DNA of 64,000 nucleotides from an uncultured Pseudomonadota bacterium (lineage in GTDB: Bacteria > Babelota > Babeliae > Babelales > RVW-14), in NCBI GenBank assembly GCA_964446935.1, contig CAYUQI010000006.1, positions 218 to 64,217 on the forward strand, written 5' to 3'. The position numbers and the translations under genes are program-made. This document shows positions 47,364 to 57,045 of the stretch, piece after piece (within the stretch, counting starts at the first letter, position 1; each line of letters begins with the position of its first letter). Under the pieces are notes generated by a model, which saw only the letters and a list, made by a program, of their open reading frames with translations, ran no database searches and was not told the DNA's origin.

Positions 47364-48197
47364 ATGAGCCAAACACTGCGGTTTCTTTTTATTGGTGATG
47401 TGATGGGCGCCCCTGGCATGACAATGTTTCAGCGATGGGTTCCTAAATTAAAAGAACAATACAAAATTGATGCTGTTATTGTTAATGGCGAGAATGCTAA
47501 TAAAAATGGCAAGGGAATCTCTCTGAAAAATATTGAATTTTTCAAGCATAATGGAGCATCAATTATTACGACAGGCAATCATGTTTGGGAGCAGAGCGAA
47601 GTATATACGGCTCTTGATGAACGAACTGATATTGTTCGTCCTGCTAACTACCCCCCGGGTTGCCCTGGTAAAGGGTATGCTCTTTTTGAGGTTAATGGGT
47701 ATACGGTTGCGGTCATTAACTTAATAGGAAGAGTGTTTTCCAGAGACTTGCTTGATTGTCCCTTCAGAACCATTGAATCATTGCTTACCTTTATCCAGAC
47801 GAGAACTAATATTATTTTTGTTGATTTTCATGCTGATGCAACGTCAGAAAAAAGCGTTCTGGCCTATTTTGTTGATGGTAAAGTCTCAGGAGTTTTTGGG
47901 ACTCATACACATGTGCAAACGGCTGATGAACAAATTTTGCCCGGTGGGACTAGTTTTATTACTGATATAGGTAGCTGCGGAGCTTTGTATTCGGGGATAG
48001 GCATGAAACATGACCAGCTGTTGCGACGTTTTTTATATCATCAACGAAGTGGTAAGTTGATTGTCGAAACCAAGGGTCCACTTGTACTTTCTGGTGTTTT
48101 GATTGAGGTTGATGCTCAAACGGGAAGATCATTGCATATAGAACGTATTCGCGTTATTGACGAAGAATTGCAAACAACAGGCGCTTTGGCTGAATAA
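47364..48197 (+). CDS. ymdB: YmdB-family metallophosphoesterase (2',3'-cyclic-nucleotide phosphodiesterase)
   Basis: LFIGDVMGAPG, VNGENA and TGNHVW motifs. It sits in the conserved position downstream of rny. Confidence 0.85.
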   Translation: MSQTLRFLFIGDVMGAPGMTMFQRWVPKLKEQYKIDAVIVNGENANKNGKGISLKNIEFFKHNGASIITTGNHVWEQSEVYTALDERTDIVRPANYPPGCPGKGYALFEVNGYTVAVINLIGRVFSRDLLDCPFRTIESLLTFIQTRTNIIFVDFHADATSEKSVLAYFVDGKVSGVFGTHTHVQTADEQILPGGTSFITDIGSCGALYSGIGMKHDQLLRRFLYHQRSGKLIVETKGPLVLSGVLIEVDAQTGRSLHIERIRVIDEELQTTGALAE

Positions 48198-48210
48198 CGA
48201 TATTAATTTT

Positions 48211-49257
48211 ATGTTAATTTCCTATTTTCTAAGGTCTTTTATTTATTATGGGTGCTTGTTATTGGTGCTTCTTACTGGAATTTTTGCATCCTGTAATATC
48301 TTCATTCGCCTTCCGTTCATTCATGATGCAACAACGGTTCCTCTGCTTATGCTTACGATGGTTCCTCTTATGTTGCTCTTTGCGTTACCTCTTGCATCAA
48401 GTTTGGCTGTTGCTATTACCATGGTTCAGCACAAAGCTCACGATCAATTATTGTTTTTTTCATTTTTAAAAAATGCTCGAATGGCATTATCTAAAGCTGT
48501 TGTCCTTTTTTCATTAATAAGCTGTTGCTTATATGTCATTATTGTTTTTCAGTTAGCACCACAGAGTTATCACAAGGGTAAATCACTTTTGCTCAAAGCT
48601 GCGCAAGAACATTTACTTACATTGGAGCCCAATAAATTTCATACCCCTTTTTCATCGTTTACATTCTTTTTTAAGCAAAAAGAGGCACAACGAAAGAAAA
48701 GGGGGACATTGTTTACATCACTATTTCTTGTGTATGTTCCTAAAAAAAATAACGCTGAGCGGTATTTTTTTACCGCACAAAAAGGATTTTTTGATAACAA
48801 CAAGCTCAGTTTGATCAATGGCTCAATTTATACAGTCAAAGATAGGCATTTTCATACCGCTACGTTCCGCCAAACCGATATTGATCTTAATACCTTTATG
48901 GATACAGAACATGAGGGTAAGCAATTGTCAGGTCTTAAGTTCTTTACGTGGAAGCGGCTTATTAGGTTGATACGTAAGGAACCTGATGCTTACATTGAAC
49001 TTCATAAACGTATTGCTCAGACCGGATGGCAGTTTGCAATGCCGCTGTTGGCATATTGGTGGGTTACTATGCTTAATTATAAATCTTTACTTGCTGCTAC
49101 GATGATATGTGGGTGGTGGTATTTAGCTTCTTATGTTCTTGTTGCTTTGGCTCAAGCATACTTTTCTCAAAGCATGATTGCTTTGGCTTTGTTTTATATT
49201 CCAATTATTGTATCATTGTTATTGAGCTTGTGTTTGTTTCGACGAAGACAATTATAA
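48211..49257 (+). CDS. LptF/LptG-family LPS export permease
   Basis: YjgP/YjgQ-like topology (3 TM, a periplasmic beta-jellyroll region, 3 TM). The N-terminus MLISYFLRSFI is typical. The start at 48211 avoids overlap with ymdB. Confidence 0.65.
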   Translation: MLISYFLRSFIYYGCLLLVLLTGIFASCNIFIRLPFIHDATTVPLLMLTMVPLMLLFALPLASSLAVAITMVQHKAHDQLLFFSFLKNARMALSKAVVLFSLISCCLYVIIVFQLAPQSYHKGKSLLLKAAQEHLLTLEPNKFHTPFSSFTFFFKQKEAQRKKRGTLFTSLFLVYVPKKNNAERYFFTAQKGFFDNNKLSLINGSIYTVKDRHFHTATFRQTDIDLNTFMDTEHEGKQLSGLKFFTWKRLIRLIRKEPDAYIELHKRIAQTGWQFAMPLLAYWWVTMLNYKSLLAATMICGWWYLASYVLVALAQAYFSQSMIALALFYIPIIVSLLLSLCLFRRRQL

Positions 49258-49267
49258 AAGGAAGAAA

Positions 49268-50146
49268 ATGGTTTTGGTTGTTTTCTTGTATGCCTTGTTA
49301 GCATCAACCTTTATTTTTGCAAAAAAAGTTGTTGGATGCGCCAATCCTTGTTTCATCATTGGTTTTCGTATGATTTTGGCAGGAAGTATGCTCCTTGCTA
49401 TGCAAATGTTTAGAAATTCTAAGAGGTTGAACATCCCGCGTAAGGATTGGTGGTTGTTCCTTAAAGTCGCCTTATTTCATATCTATATTGCATTTATTTT
49501 TGAATTTTGGGCATTGCAGTATGTTTCTGCACTCAAGACAACGCTGATTTATTCCTCGACCCCATTTATTGCGGCGTTGTTGTCGTATTTTTTACTTCAT
49601 GAACGTTTATCAACGAAAAAATTCATAGGAATAGGAATAGGACTGTGTGGCCTTGTTCCTGTTATTTTAGCTGCTACACGGGGTCCTGAGGCTGCAATGG
49701 AATTCGGTCGAATTTCATTGCCAGAAATTGTTTTACTTTGTTCTGTTACTTCTGCTTCATATGCATGGTTTATTATTAAAGATCTTATGCAGCGAGGACA
49801 TTCATTAATCGTTATTAATGGAACCGCCATGCTGGTTGGCGGGGTATTGAGTATGATAACATCGATACTTTTCGAAGGTTTGCAGCATCCCGTAAACAAT
49901 TGGCCATACTTTTTGCTATGGGTTTTCTTGCTGATTTTCGTTTCCAATATTGTTTTTTATAACTTATATGGATGGTTGTTGAAGCGTTATTCAATTACGT
50001 TTTTGACCTTTTCCGGCTTTTTGTGTCCAGGTTTTGGTACCATTTATGAATGGTTGTTTATGGGTGGAGGGATTACGTGGCACTATCCAGCAAGTCTTCT
50101 GCTTGTGACCTTGGGATTATATGTGTTTTATCGTGGCGAAATATAA
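49268..50146 (+). CDS. EamA/DMT-family transporter
   Basis: 10-TM protein with a duplicated EamA-like pattern. Confidence 0.7.
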   Translation: MVLVVFLYALLASTFIFAKKVVGCANPCFIIGFRMILAGSMLLAMQMFRNSKRLNIPRKDWWLFLKVALFHIYIAFIFEFWALQYVSALKTTLIYSSTPFIAALLSYFLLHERLSTKKFIGIGIGLCGLVPVILAATRGPEAAMEFGRISLPEIVLLCSVTSASYAWFIIKDLMQRGHSLIVINGTAMLVGGVLSMITSILFEGLQHPVNNWPYFLLWVFLLIFVSNIVFYNLYGWLLKRYSITFLTFSGFLCPGFGTIYEWLFMGGGITWHYPASLLLVTLGLYVFYRGEI

Positions 50147-50715
50147 GATTTTTTGATTATGCTTGCTACATCAGCCACCGCCTTTTCCAGCGTTTCATTC
50201 ATAACATGGTGATCAAAGAGTTTTTCATGCCGTTCTTCTTCCATTTCAGCTGATGCAATGGTAATCCTCCGTTGCAGGGTGGCCGATGCTTGTGTCTCTC
50301 GGTTACCCAATCGTTGGGCTACGGTGGCAGCATCTGGTACATCAATCCAAATAAGCACGGCCGAAGGTATAATCTTTTTTAATGTGCGTGCTCCGTTGCG
50401 GTCGGTGACAATAAGTAAAGATTTTCCTTGGGGTAGGTCGGTTACAATAGAAGCTGGTGAACCATACCAATGCCCATCATACAAATTTGTTTCAAGAAAA
50501 AATCCCTTGTTCTTTTTTGCTAAAAATTCGTCTTTTGATAAAAAATTGTAATCAATGCCGTCGCGTTCACCAGGGCGGGTAGGACGAGTGGTAGTGGTGA
50601 CGATTCTGGTAATCGGGTGTTGTGCACCTATTCTATCCAGAACCATGCGTGCAACGGTTGTCTTACCAGCGCCAGAAGGGGCAGAAATCACAAATAGAAT
50701 ACCTGTCGTGGCCAT
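50128..50715 (-). CDS. gmk: guanylate kinase
   Basis: P-loop SAPSGAGKTT and TTRPTRPGERDGIDYNF. Confidence 0.92.
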   Translation of the reverse strand: MATTGILFVISAPSGAGKTTVARMVLDRIGAQHPITRIVTTTTRPTRPGERDGIDYNFLSKDEFLAKKNKGFFLETNLYDGHWYGSPASIVTDLPQGKSLLIVTDRNGARTLKKIIPSAVLIWIDVPDAATVAQRLGNRETQASATLQRRITIASAEMEEERHEKLFDHHVMNETLEKAVADVASIIKKSYISPR

Positions 50716-50823
50716 TGAGCATCCTTTGGTAACTTTTTATAGTAAATTTCATTTTTGGGTTATTTTGTTGTATGTTTTCCTGCTATTATACCCATTATTG
50801 ATCATTATAGGAGTTTTAGTCTC

Positions 50824-52287
50824 ATGAATCGAATAGTAACATCATTTTTCACGATTTTTGCGTCTGCGCTTTGTTTGATGACGACGTCTTTAGATGCTAA
50901 ACGCCAGCAGCTAAAAAAAGCAGAGCAACAGGTTGATGGTTTAATAAAAACAATTAAACACAGCCATAATCAAAAAGCAGAACAAAAATCGACGGAGTTA
51001 ACAGCTCGTGCTGTTCCACGACATGCTATCGTTGTTTCCGAGCTTAATCTGTATAAACTTTTGTACGCAGCAAGTAAAAATATTGATGAGGTTGTTAAAG
51101 ATTCTTTGGTTAAACAAGATGATTCGGGTGATCAATCGAAAGCTTTTTTGATTGCCCTTGATTTGGTCAATGAAGCAATGCAACTAATGGAGCAGGTTGT
51201 TGCTGCAATAAATAAACAGGCTTTTAGCTTTAATCCCGATATTGAATACCATTTCCTTAAGGTTTGCAATTATCCAAAAGATGTCGACATGGAGGATCTC
51301 GCTCCTCGTCACATACGTGATGTTCGCCAACGTGTTAAGAAGTTTAATCAATATGTAACCTTGTATTGCATTAATCATAAAAATTTTTTAGGAGAAGAGG
51401 ATCTTGCGTTATTTAATAAAATTCTACGATTTAATCATATTTTATTGTTGTGTATATTGCGTGAGGATTACTTTGATATAAGCATACTAAGCCTGTTGAT
51501 GGATACCATTGTTTTTCAACCGTGGGAATTTATTTGTAAACATCCATATCTTGTTATGACAGTTGTTGCAATTATTATTGCTGCTGTGATTTATTTTTAT
51601 GTGTATCCACGATGGTTTAGCTTACGAAATCTTAATAAAGAATATGATGTGATGCAAGTGGAGGGGGCTCGCCAGAATGATGGCAGCAGTTGCGGTTATT
51701 ATGGTCTTCTGCATGCTCTCATTAATCGCAATGCCAAAAACGAGGAAGAACGACAACAATTGTTAGAACGGATCAAAAATAATCCCGATGTTATAAAGCC
51801 ATGGCGCGATCATATGGATGCCATACGAGCAGAGTTTATGGAAGTGGGGATTCCTAGCGATCGTAAAGATCCTTTTGAATCAATCAATTTATTGGATTCT
51901 TATCAGATAGCTGCAATTCGGGATGATCATGCTCTTGTTAATAAAGTTATGCAACCATTATTAGGTAGACCAGCTGATGTCTCAAATGTTGTTGTTGTTG
52001 ATACATTTGCAGGTGATGAAGTGTACAATAAGAAAACAGAAAAGATGATGAATGTGCACAATAATCAAAAAGAACAAATAATACGTGATAGTGTACAAAA
52101 TTTACAAGAGGAAAGCATTCCGCAACACGTTGTTCTTCGGATTCCTGGTCATTGGATAGCGGTGAGCGTCGAATCCGATGACAACAAAAAACATGGTATT
52201 CAGGCACGGATTATCAATTCCACACGAGGAAATGTAACAAATAATTCTAAGGTATCGCGTCTTTTGCAAGAGTATCAGCCTAAATAA
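50824..52287 (+). CDS. membrane-associated papain-fold cysteine protease with UCH-like active-site motif (deubiquitinase-like candidate)
   Basis: Signal-like N-terminus, a helical region and an internal TM helix (LVMTVVAIIIAAVIYFYVY). Then QNDGSSCGYYGLLHAL, with Gln six residues before Cys as in papain/UCH (Cys codon 51691-51693). The downstream motif is IPGHWIAVSV (His codon 52150-52152). Confidence 0.5.
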   Translation: MNRIVTSFFTIFASALCLMTTSLDAKRQQLKKAEQQVDGLIKTIKHSHNQKAEQKSTELTARAVPRHAIVVSELNLYKLLYAASKNIDEVVKDSLVKQDDSGDQSKAFLIALDLVNEAMQLMEQVVAAINKQAFSFNPDIEYHFLKVCNYPKDVDMEDLAPRHIRDVRQRVKKFNQYVTLYCINHKNFLGEEDLALFNKILRFNHILLLCILREDYFDISILSLLMDTIVFQPWEFICKHPYLVMTVVAIIIAAVIYFYVYPRWFSLRNLNKEYDVMQVEGARQNDGSSCGYYGLLHALINRNAKNEEERQQLLERIKNNPDVIKPWRDHMDAIRAEFMEVGIPSDRKDPFESINLLDSYQIAAIRDDHALVNKVMQPLLGRPADVSNVVVVDTFAGDEVYNKKTEKMMNVHNNQKEQIIRDSVQNLQEESIPQHVVLRIPGHWIAVSVESDDNKKHGIQARIINSTRGNVTNNSKVSRLLQEYQPK

Positions 52288-52386
52288 GGATGAGCTTTTA
52301 AAATTCTCGCCTAAGAATTGTGAATGCGATATAGTAATGGCACTCCTGTAGGAATGGTTGAATTATTGAGTAACGAAAGAAAAAAT

Positions 52387-53820
52387 ATGAGTAAGCTCCC
52401 TGATATTAAAACTAATTTTGCCGAATGGTATCAAGAGGTTTTGGTTCAAGCAGAAATCGTTGATGCCAGTCCCACTCGTGGTTGTTTTGTTATACGGCCG
52501 TATGGTTATGCCATTTGGGAAAATATTCAACGGGAGCTTGATAAAAAAATAAAAGATCTTGGTGTTTCTAATGCATATTTTCCTCTTTTGATACCTGAAT
52601 CATTTCTAAAAAAAGAGGCTAAACATGTTGAAGGATTTTCACCGGAGTTAGCGGTTGTGACTCATGGTGGTGGCAGCAAGCTTGAAGAACCATTGGTTGT
52701 ACGACCAACGTCAGAAACTATTATTTATTACATGTTTTCCAAATGGATTACCTCGTGGCGTGATTTGCCTCTGAAAGTTAATCAATGGGCCAACGTCGTT
52801 CGTTGGGAGATGCGTACGCGTCCTTTCGTCCGAAGTTTAGAGTTTTTGTGGCAAGAGGGGCACACTGCGCACAAAACACATGAAGAAGCCGTAGCAATGG
52901 CACTTGATGCCTTGGCTATGTACAAAGATATTTATGAAAATTATTTAGCAATTCCTGCGCTTACCGGTATTAAAACAGAAAGTGAGCGGTTTGCGGGGGC
53001 AGAGCGTACCTATACTATTGAAGGGTTAATGCAAGACGGCAAGGCGCTCCAAATGTGTACAAGCCACGTTTTAGCGCACAGTTTTCCAGCATCATTTGAT
53101 GTTCGTTATCAAGATGTTGATGGGAATGTACAGGTTCCTTATTGCTCAAGTTGGGGTTTATCAACCCGTGCTGTTGGAGCATTGCTTATGACACATGGTG
53201 ATAATAATGGTCTTATTATGCCTCCCCGTATTGCTCCTATTCAAGTTGTTTTGATACCAATTTTTAAATCTGAAACAGAAAAAGCGCCTATTCTTGAAGC
53301 GCTCAGTGCTATTAAACAATCATTGGACAAACAGGGCATTCGCAGTGTCATTGATGCAAGCGAGACCTCAACGCCAGGAGCAAAATTTTTCTACTGGGAG
53401 CTTAAGGGCGTTCCAGTTCGTCTTGAAATAGGTCCTAAGGACATGGTGAACAAGCAGGTTGTGTTGGTTAATCGTTGTGAAAACGATAAAAACAAACGAA
53501 AAACATTTGCTTCATTCGATACAATCCCTCAAACATTGTCGACATTGCTTGATTCTATTCAAGCAAATCTTTTACAACAAACAACCAAGCGTGTGCAAGA
53601 ACAATGGTATCAAGCGGACAAACTGGTTGAATTTGGTCCAAAGCTTGATGCAACCAATGGTTTGTACCAAACTGGGTGGTGTGGAGATGCACAATGCGAA
53701 GCAAAGGCGAAAGAATACAAGGGAACTATTCGATGTATTCGAGAAACACGTGAGCATAAACAATGTTTTGCTTGTGGAAAGTCCAGTGAGCATGAGGTCT
53801 TGGTAGCAAAGGCGTATTAA
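52387..53820 (+). CDS. proS: proline--tRNA ligase (archaeal/eukaryotic-like type with C-terminal Cys-rich domain)
   Basis: Class II aaRS motifs (FRDEMRTRPF-like RWEMRTRPFVR), no INS editing insertion at about 477 aa, and a C-terminal GWCGDAQCE...CFACGK motif. Confidence 0.9.
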   Translation: MSKLPDIKTNFAEWYQEVLVQAEIVDASPTRGCFVIRPYGYAIWENIQRELDKKIKDLGVSNAYFPLLIPESFLKKEAKHVEGFSPELAVVTHGGGSKLEEPLVVRPTSETIIYYMFSKWITSWRDLPLKVNQWANVVRWEMRTRPFVRSLEFLWQEGHTAHKTHEEAVAMALDALAMYKDIYENYLAIPALTGIKTESERFAGAERTYTIEGLMQDGKALQMCTSHVLAHSFPASFDVRYQDVDGNVQVPYCSSWGLSTRAVGALLMTHGDNNGLIMPPRIAPIQVVLIPIFKSETEKAPILEALSAIKQSLDKQGIRSVIDASETSTPGAKFFYWELKGVPVRLEIGPKDMVNKQVVLVNRCENDKNKRKTFASFDTIPQTLSTLLDSIQANLLQQTTKRVQEQWYQADKLVEFGPKLDATNGLYQTGWCGDAQCEAKAKEYKGTIRCIRETREHKQCFACGKSSEHEVLVAKAY

Positions 53821-53824
53821 GCAG

Positions 53825-54568
53825 ATGAATCTAACCAAAGTACTCATTATTTTCTTATTCGTGTGTCATGGTTCGCGGCTGTTGCCTGCTTCAGCATTCG
53901 AGGCTGTAGGTGTTCGGCAGGATGAACCTTCTACTCAACAGATAGGTTCTGTTGTAGCTGATATAGCAATTGTACTCGGATCATTGGTATTTCATGAATT
54001 TTCTCATGCGAGTGTAGCAACCTTGCTTGGGGATGATACACCACGGCGACAAGGTCGCTTGACACTTAATCCTTTGGTGCATTTGGATGTGATAGGAACG
54101 GCATGTATTCTTTTGACGGGAAGTGGATGGGCCAAACCTGTTGAATTTAATTCAAGAAATTTTAGTCATCAACACGTTGGAACGATATTAACAGCTCTGG
54201 CTGGTCCCTTGTCGAATGTTTTTCTTGCATATCTTGCAAGCGTAATAGCACAGGGGGTTAGCCCGTCATCTGCAGTGGCTACGATCCTTAAAAAAATAAA
54301 ACAATTCAATCTTAGGTTTGCAGCATTCAATTTATTACCGATACCTCCACTTGATGGGAGTCATTTGTATGGTACATTTCTTCAAGAAAAGTACCCTGAA
54401 GTATACCGGTTCTTGTATAAATATGGCATCTATATATTGTTTGCCTTGTTAATGTTCCCTGAAACAAAAGAACACGTGGGAAAATTGCTTACAAAAATGG
54501 AAACATTATTGAGCAAGACAACTTTGACAATGCCTGAAGATACAGGTAAGAAGGAGCATGGTGCATGA
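53825..54568 (+). CDS. M50/site-2-protease-family membrane metalloprotease
   Basis: HEFSH zinc motif within a TM helix, followed by NLLPIPPLDG. Confidence 0.75.
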   Translation: MNLTKVLIIFLFVCHGSRLLPASAFEAVGVRQDEPSTQQIGSVVADIAIVLGSLVFHEFSHASVATLLGDDTPRRQGRLTLNPLVHLDVIGTACILLTGSGWAKPVEFNSRNFSHQHVGTILTALAGPLSNVFLAYLASVIAQGVSPSSAVATILKKIKQFNLRFAAFNLLPIPPLDGSHLYGTFLQEKYPEVYRFLYKYGIYILFALLMFPETKEHVGKLLTKMETLLSKTTLTMPEDTGKKEHGA

Positions 54569-55482
54569 AAGACATGGGGGAGGTAGTAACATATTTTCAG
54601 TCGTATCTGGTGACTGAAAAGCGGGTATCTAATAATACATTCTTGGCCTATAAGCGTGATATTGATCAATTGGAATCATTTTTGCAACGCGAAAAGCTTA
54701 AACTTGATTTTGTAACACGCAAAAATCTAACTAGTTTCCTTAAAAGCATGAAAGACCAAGGGGTTACAGCAAAAACGCTCTCGCGCAAGATTTCTTCGCT
54801 TAAGCTATTTTTTCGTTTTGCAGCAGAGCATTGTGGTATTCGTGATGCTGCGCAATCGTTGGTATTTCCTAAAATTGAAAAAACATTGCCCAACTATCTT
54901 TCAGAACCAGAAATAGAAAAGTTGTTGGCCGCTGCCAATCGTGATACTTCATACAAGGGTATTCGCAACAAAGTCATGTTGTATGTGATGTATGCCACGG
55001 GTATTCGGGTGTCGGAATTGGTTCATTTACGGATTGATCAAATCCACTTTGACACCGGATTTATTCGTATCATTGGCAAGGGAAACAAAGAACGGATGAT
55101 TCCTGTGCCCAAAAATGTTTTGGAACTTCTGCATTATTACTTGGATCATATTTATCACAAATTGTTGCCTAAGAATATTGAAATAGGTTCCAAGGAGCGA
55201 TATCTATTTGCAACGACCTATGATAATCAAATCAAACCGATCTCCCGCCAATCATTTTGGATTTCACTCAAAAAAATATTGAGCAAAGCTGCAATTTTTA
55301 AAAATGTCTCACCGCATAGCTTGCGGCATTCCTTGGCAACGCATTTGTTGCAGAAGGGTGCTGATTTGCGTTCTCTGCAAATGTTACTTGGCCACCAGAA
55401 TCTTTCGACTGTACAGGTGTATACTCATATCGGTAATACGCAGTTACGTAAGATTTATGACGAAAAGCATCCACGGGCTTAG
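54565..55482 (+). CDS. XerC/XerD-family tyrosine site-specific recombinase
   Basis: N-terminal SAM-like domain. Catalytic residues are in ATGIRVSEL, HSLRHSLATHLL and LLGHQNLSTVQVYTH. ATGA overlap with the upstream gene. Confidence 0.85.
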   Translation: MKDMGEVVTYFQSYLVTEKRVSNNTFLAYKRDIDQLESFLQREKLKLDFVTRKNLTSFLKSMKDQGVTAKTLSRKISSLKLFFRFAAEHCGIRDAAQSLVFPKIEKTLPNYLSEPEIEKLLAAANRDTSYKGIRNKVMLYVMYATGIRVSELVHLRIDQIHFDTGFIRIIGKGNKERMIPVPKNVLELLHYYLDHIYHKLLPKNIEIGSKERYLFATTYDNQIKPISRQSFWISLKKILSKAAIFKNVSPHSLRHSLATHLLQKGADLRSLQMLLGHQNLSTVQVYTHIGNTQLRKIYDEKHPRA

Positions 55483-55500
55483 GGCTTTCTGCGTCATTTT

Positions 55501-56349
55501 CTATTTTTTCTTCCTCTCTGCGCTTTTTGCACGTTGTTTAAACTGTTTTTGTAATGTAGTGAGTGTGTTGAGCGTGGCTACCACTTTTTCTGATTTTAAT
55601 GTTATCAATTGCATTGCTCTTGTTAGGCTATCTATTGATAACTGTTCGTGTGAAAAGTTGTTACTTTCCATAAGAAGCTTGAGCATCTCTTGGCTTTTTT
55701 CACAATCAATAGCACATGATAGTACCATATCTATTGCGCCATTTAATTTTAAACAATCTGAAAACGCTTTCTGTTTGAGCATGAATGCAACAAGGGGTGT
55801 ATGACTACATTTAATGGCAAAACAAAGAAGCGAAAGACGAGACTTTGGGGCTATGGTTGAATCCAAGTCAGGATATTGCTCCAAAAGACATTCTATAATA
55901 GTGAGATGCCCAAGAATACAGGCTGCTGAGAGTGCTTGATAAAGATCATTGTCGGTGATCAACTTTTTTCGTTCTGGGTTATGCAAAAGAGCCGTAAGTT
56001 CATCTTCGGCACCAATCATGGCATTTGCTATAAAGGTTTTTCGTAATGCATCACTATCTAATGCTTGCGTCCCGTTGTCATTATCAACAAAGCTTAAAAC
56101 CACTTGTTTGGGGAGGAAGTCTTCACTGAGACGTTTTATAAGATCTGAACAACCAACCCCTTTTGCTGCAAAAAGGCATTCGATAACTGATTCTATTGAA
56201 ATTTTTGAAAACATCATTGATTGTTGTCGTGGGGTTGATGGTTTTGAGCTCATTAGTGGGGCTCTCGTACTACCATAGATAGAAGCATGAATAAGTATGA
56301 TGGTTATGCACAAAAGATAACTTTTTTTGAATAGAGGCATTCGTAACAT
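55501..56349 (-). CDS. secreted ankyrin-repeat-like protein
   Basis: Signal peptide and ANK-like units (ALSAACILGHLTIIECLLEQYPDLD; LLCFAIKCSHTPLVAFMLKQ). Confidence 0.5.
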   Translation of the reverse strand: MLRMPLFKKSYLLCITIILIHASIYGSTRAPLMSSKPSTPRQQSMMFSKISIESVIECLFAAKGVGCSDLIKRLSEDFLPKQVVLSFVDNDNGTQALDSDALRKTFIANAMIGAEDELTALLHNPERKKLITDNDLYQALSAACILGHLTIIECLLEQYPDLDSTIAPKSRLSLLCFAIKCSHTPLVAFMLKQKAFSDCLKLNGAIDMVLSCAIDCEKSQEMLKLLMESNNFSHEQLSIDSLTRAMQLITLKSEKVVATLNTLTTLQKQFKQRAKSAERKKK

Positions 56350-56385
56350 CCTTGTATTGAATGGTTGAAGTAAGATTGTTCATAT

Positions 56386-56868
56386 TCATTTCGTTAGTTT
56401 TTTAATGATGCTAGGCAAAGAAGTCTTAATTTTTTTGCTTGGGGTTTGCTGAGCTATGAAACCGAGATTTGCGAGGAATACAATACCGCGATCATTGGCT
56501 TTTGCTTTGTCATATGCACTTTTAAAATGTTCAAATGTTAAAAGATCAAAGAATTGTTCATTATTAAGGAGGACATTGAGGACGGCAACCATATTTTCTT
56601 CATTAGAGATGGCAGAGATCAATGCCTTCTCTGCGCTTTCTTTAGTCATTTTATCAACGTTTTCTTTAAGTAACTGAGCAATTGTTTTGGCCGGGATGTT
56701 TTTGCAGTCAAGTATAAACACCGTAGTTATTGGGTCTCTCTGATTTGCTAACAAGATAGTACTGCTACGTGGTGAGGTCGGTGTATGACGCAGAGCTGCC
56801 ATGGTAATGCCAATGGTTATAATCATTGAGGCCAAGAAAACACTAATTGTTTTGAAGATCATATTCAT
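56386..56868 (-). CDS. hypothetical membrane-anchored protein
   Basis: 160-aa ORF with an N-terminal TM helix. No family recognised. Confidence 0.5.
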   Translation of the reverse strand: MNMIFKTISVFLASMIITIGITMAALRHTPTSPRSSTILLANQRDPITTVFILDCKNIPAKTIAQLLKENVDKMTKESAEKALISAISNEENMVAVLNVLLNNEQFFDLLTFEHFKSAYDKAKANDRGIVFLANLGFIAQQTPSKKIKTSLPSIIKKLTK

Positions 56869-57045
56869 ATTCCATACCGGGGTTGAACTGATGTATGTAC
56901 CATGTCATTTGTTTTTATAATGCTCAATCGTATAAAATCAAAATTTTTACCCAGAAATATCATTGAACAAGCCTGCTTCTGTGGTATGCTAGAATAGTCT
57001 TTAAAAAAATAATGACAATATCTTACTTTGTAACGGTGTGTTATC

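Noticed and set aside
54565-55482. Tyrosine recombinase as marker of an integrated mobile element
   Set aside because: Its sequence and operonic overlap with a housekeeping M50 protease fit chromosomal XerC/D. I saw no att-like direct repeats, phage genes or IS ends flanking it.
56869-57045. Possible oriC upstream of dnaN
   Set aside because: There is only one weak DnaA-box-like match (TGTGGTAT) and no cluster or evident AT-rich unwinding repeats. The TGTGGTATGCT is explained better as an extended -10 promoter element for dnaN.
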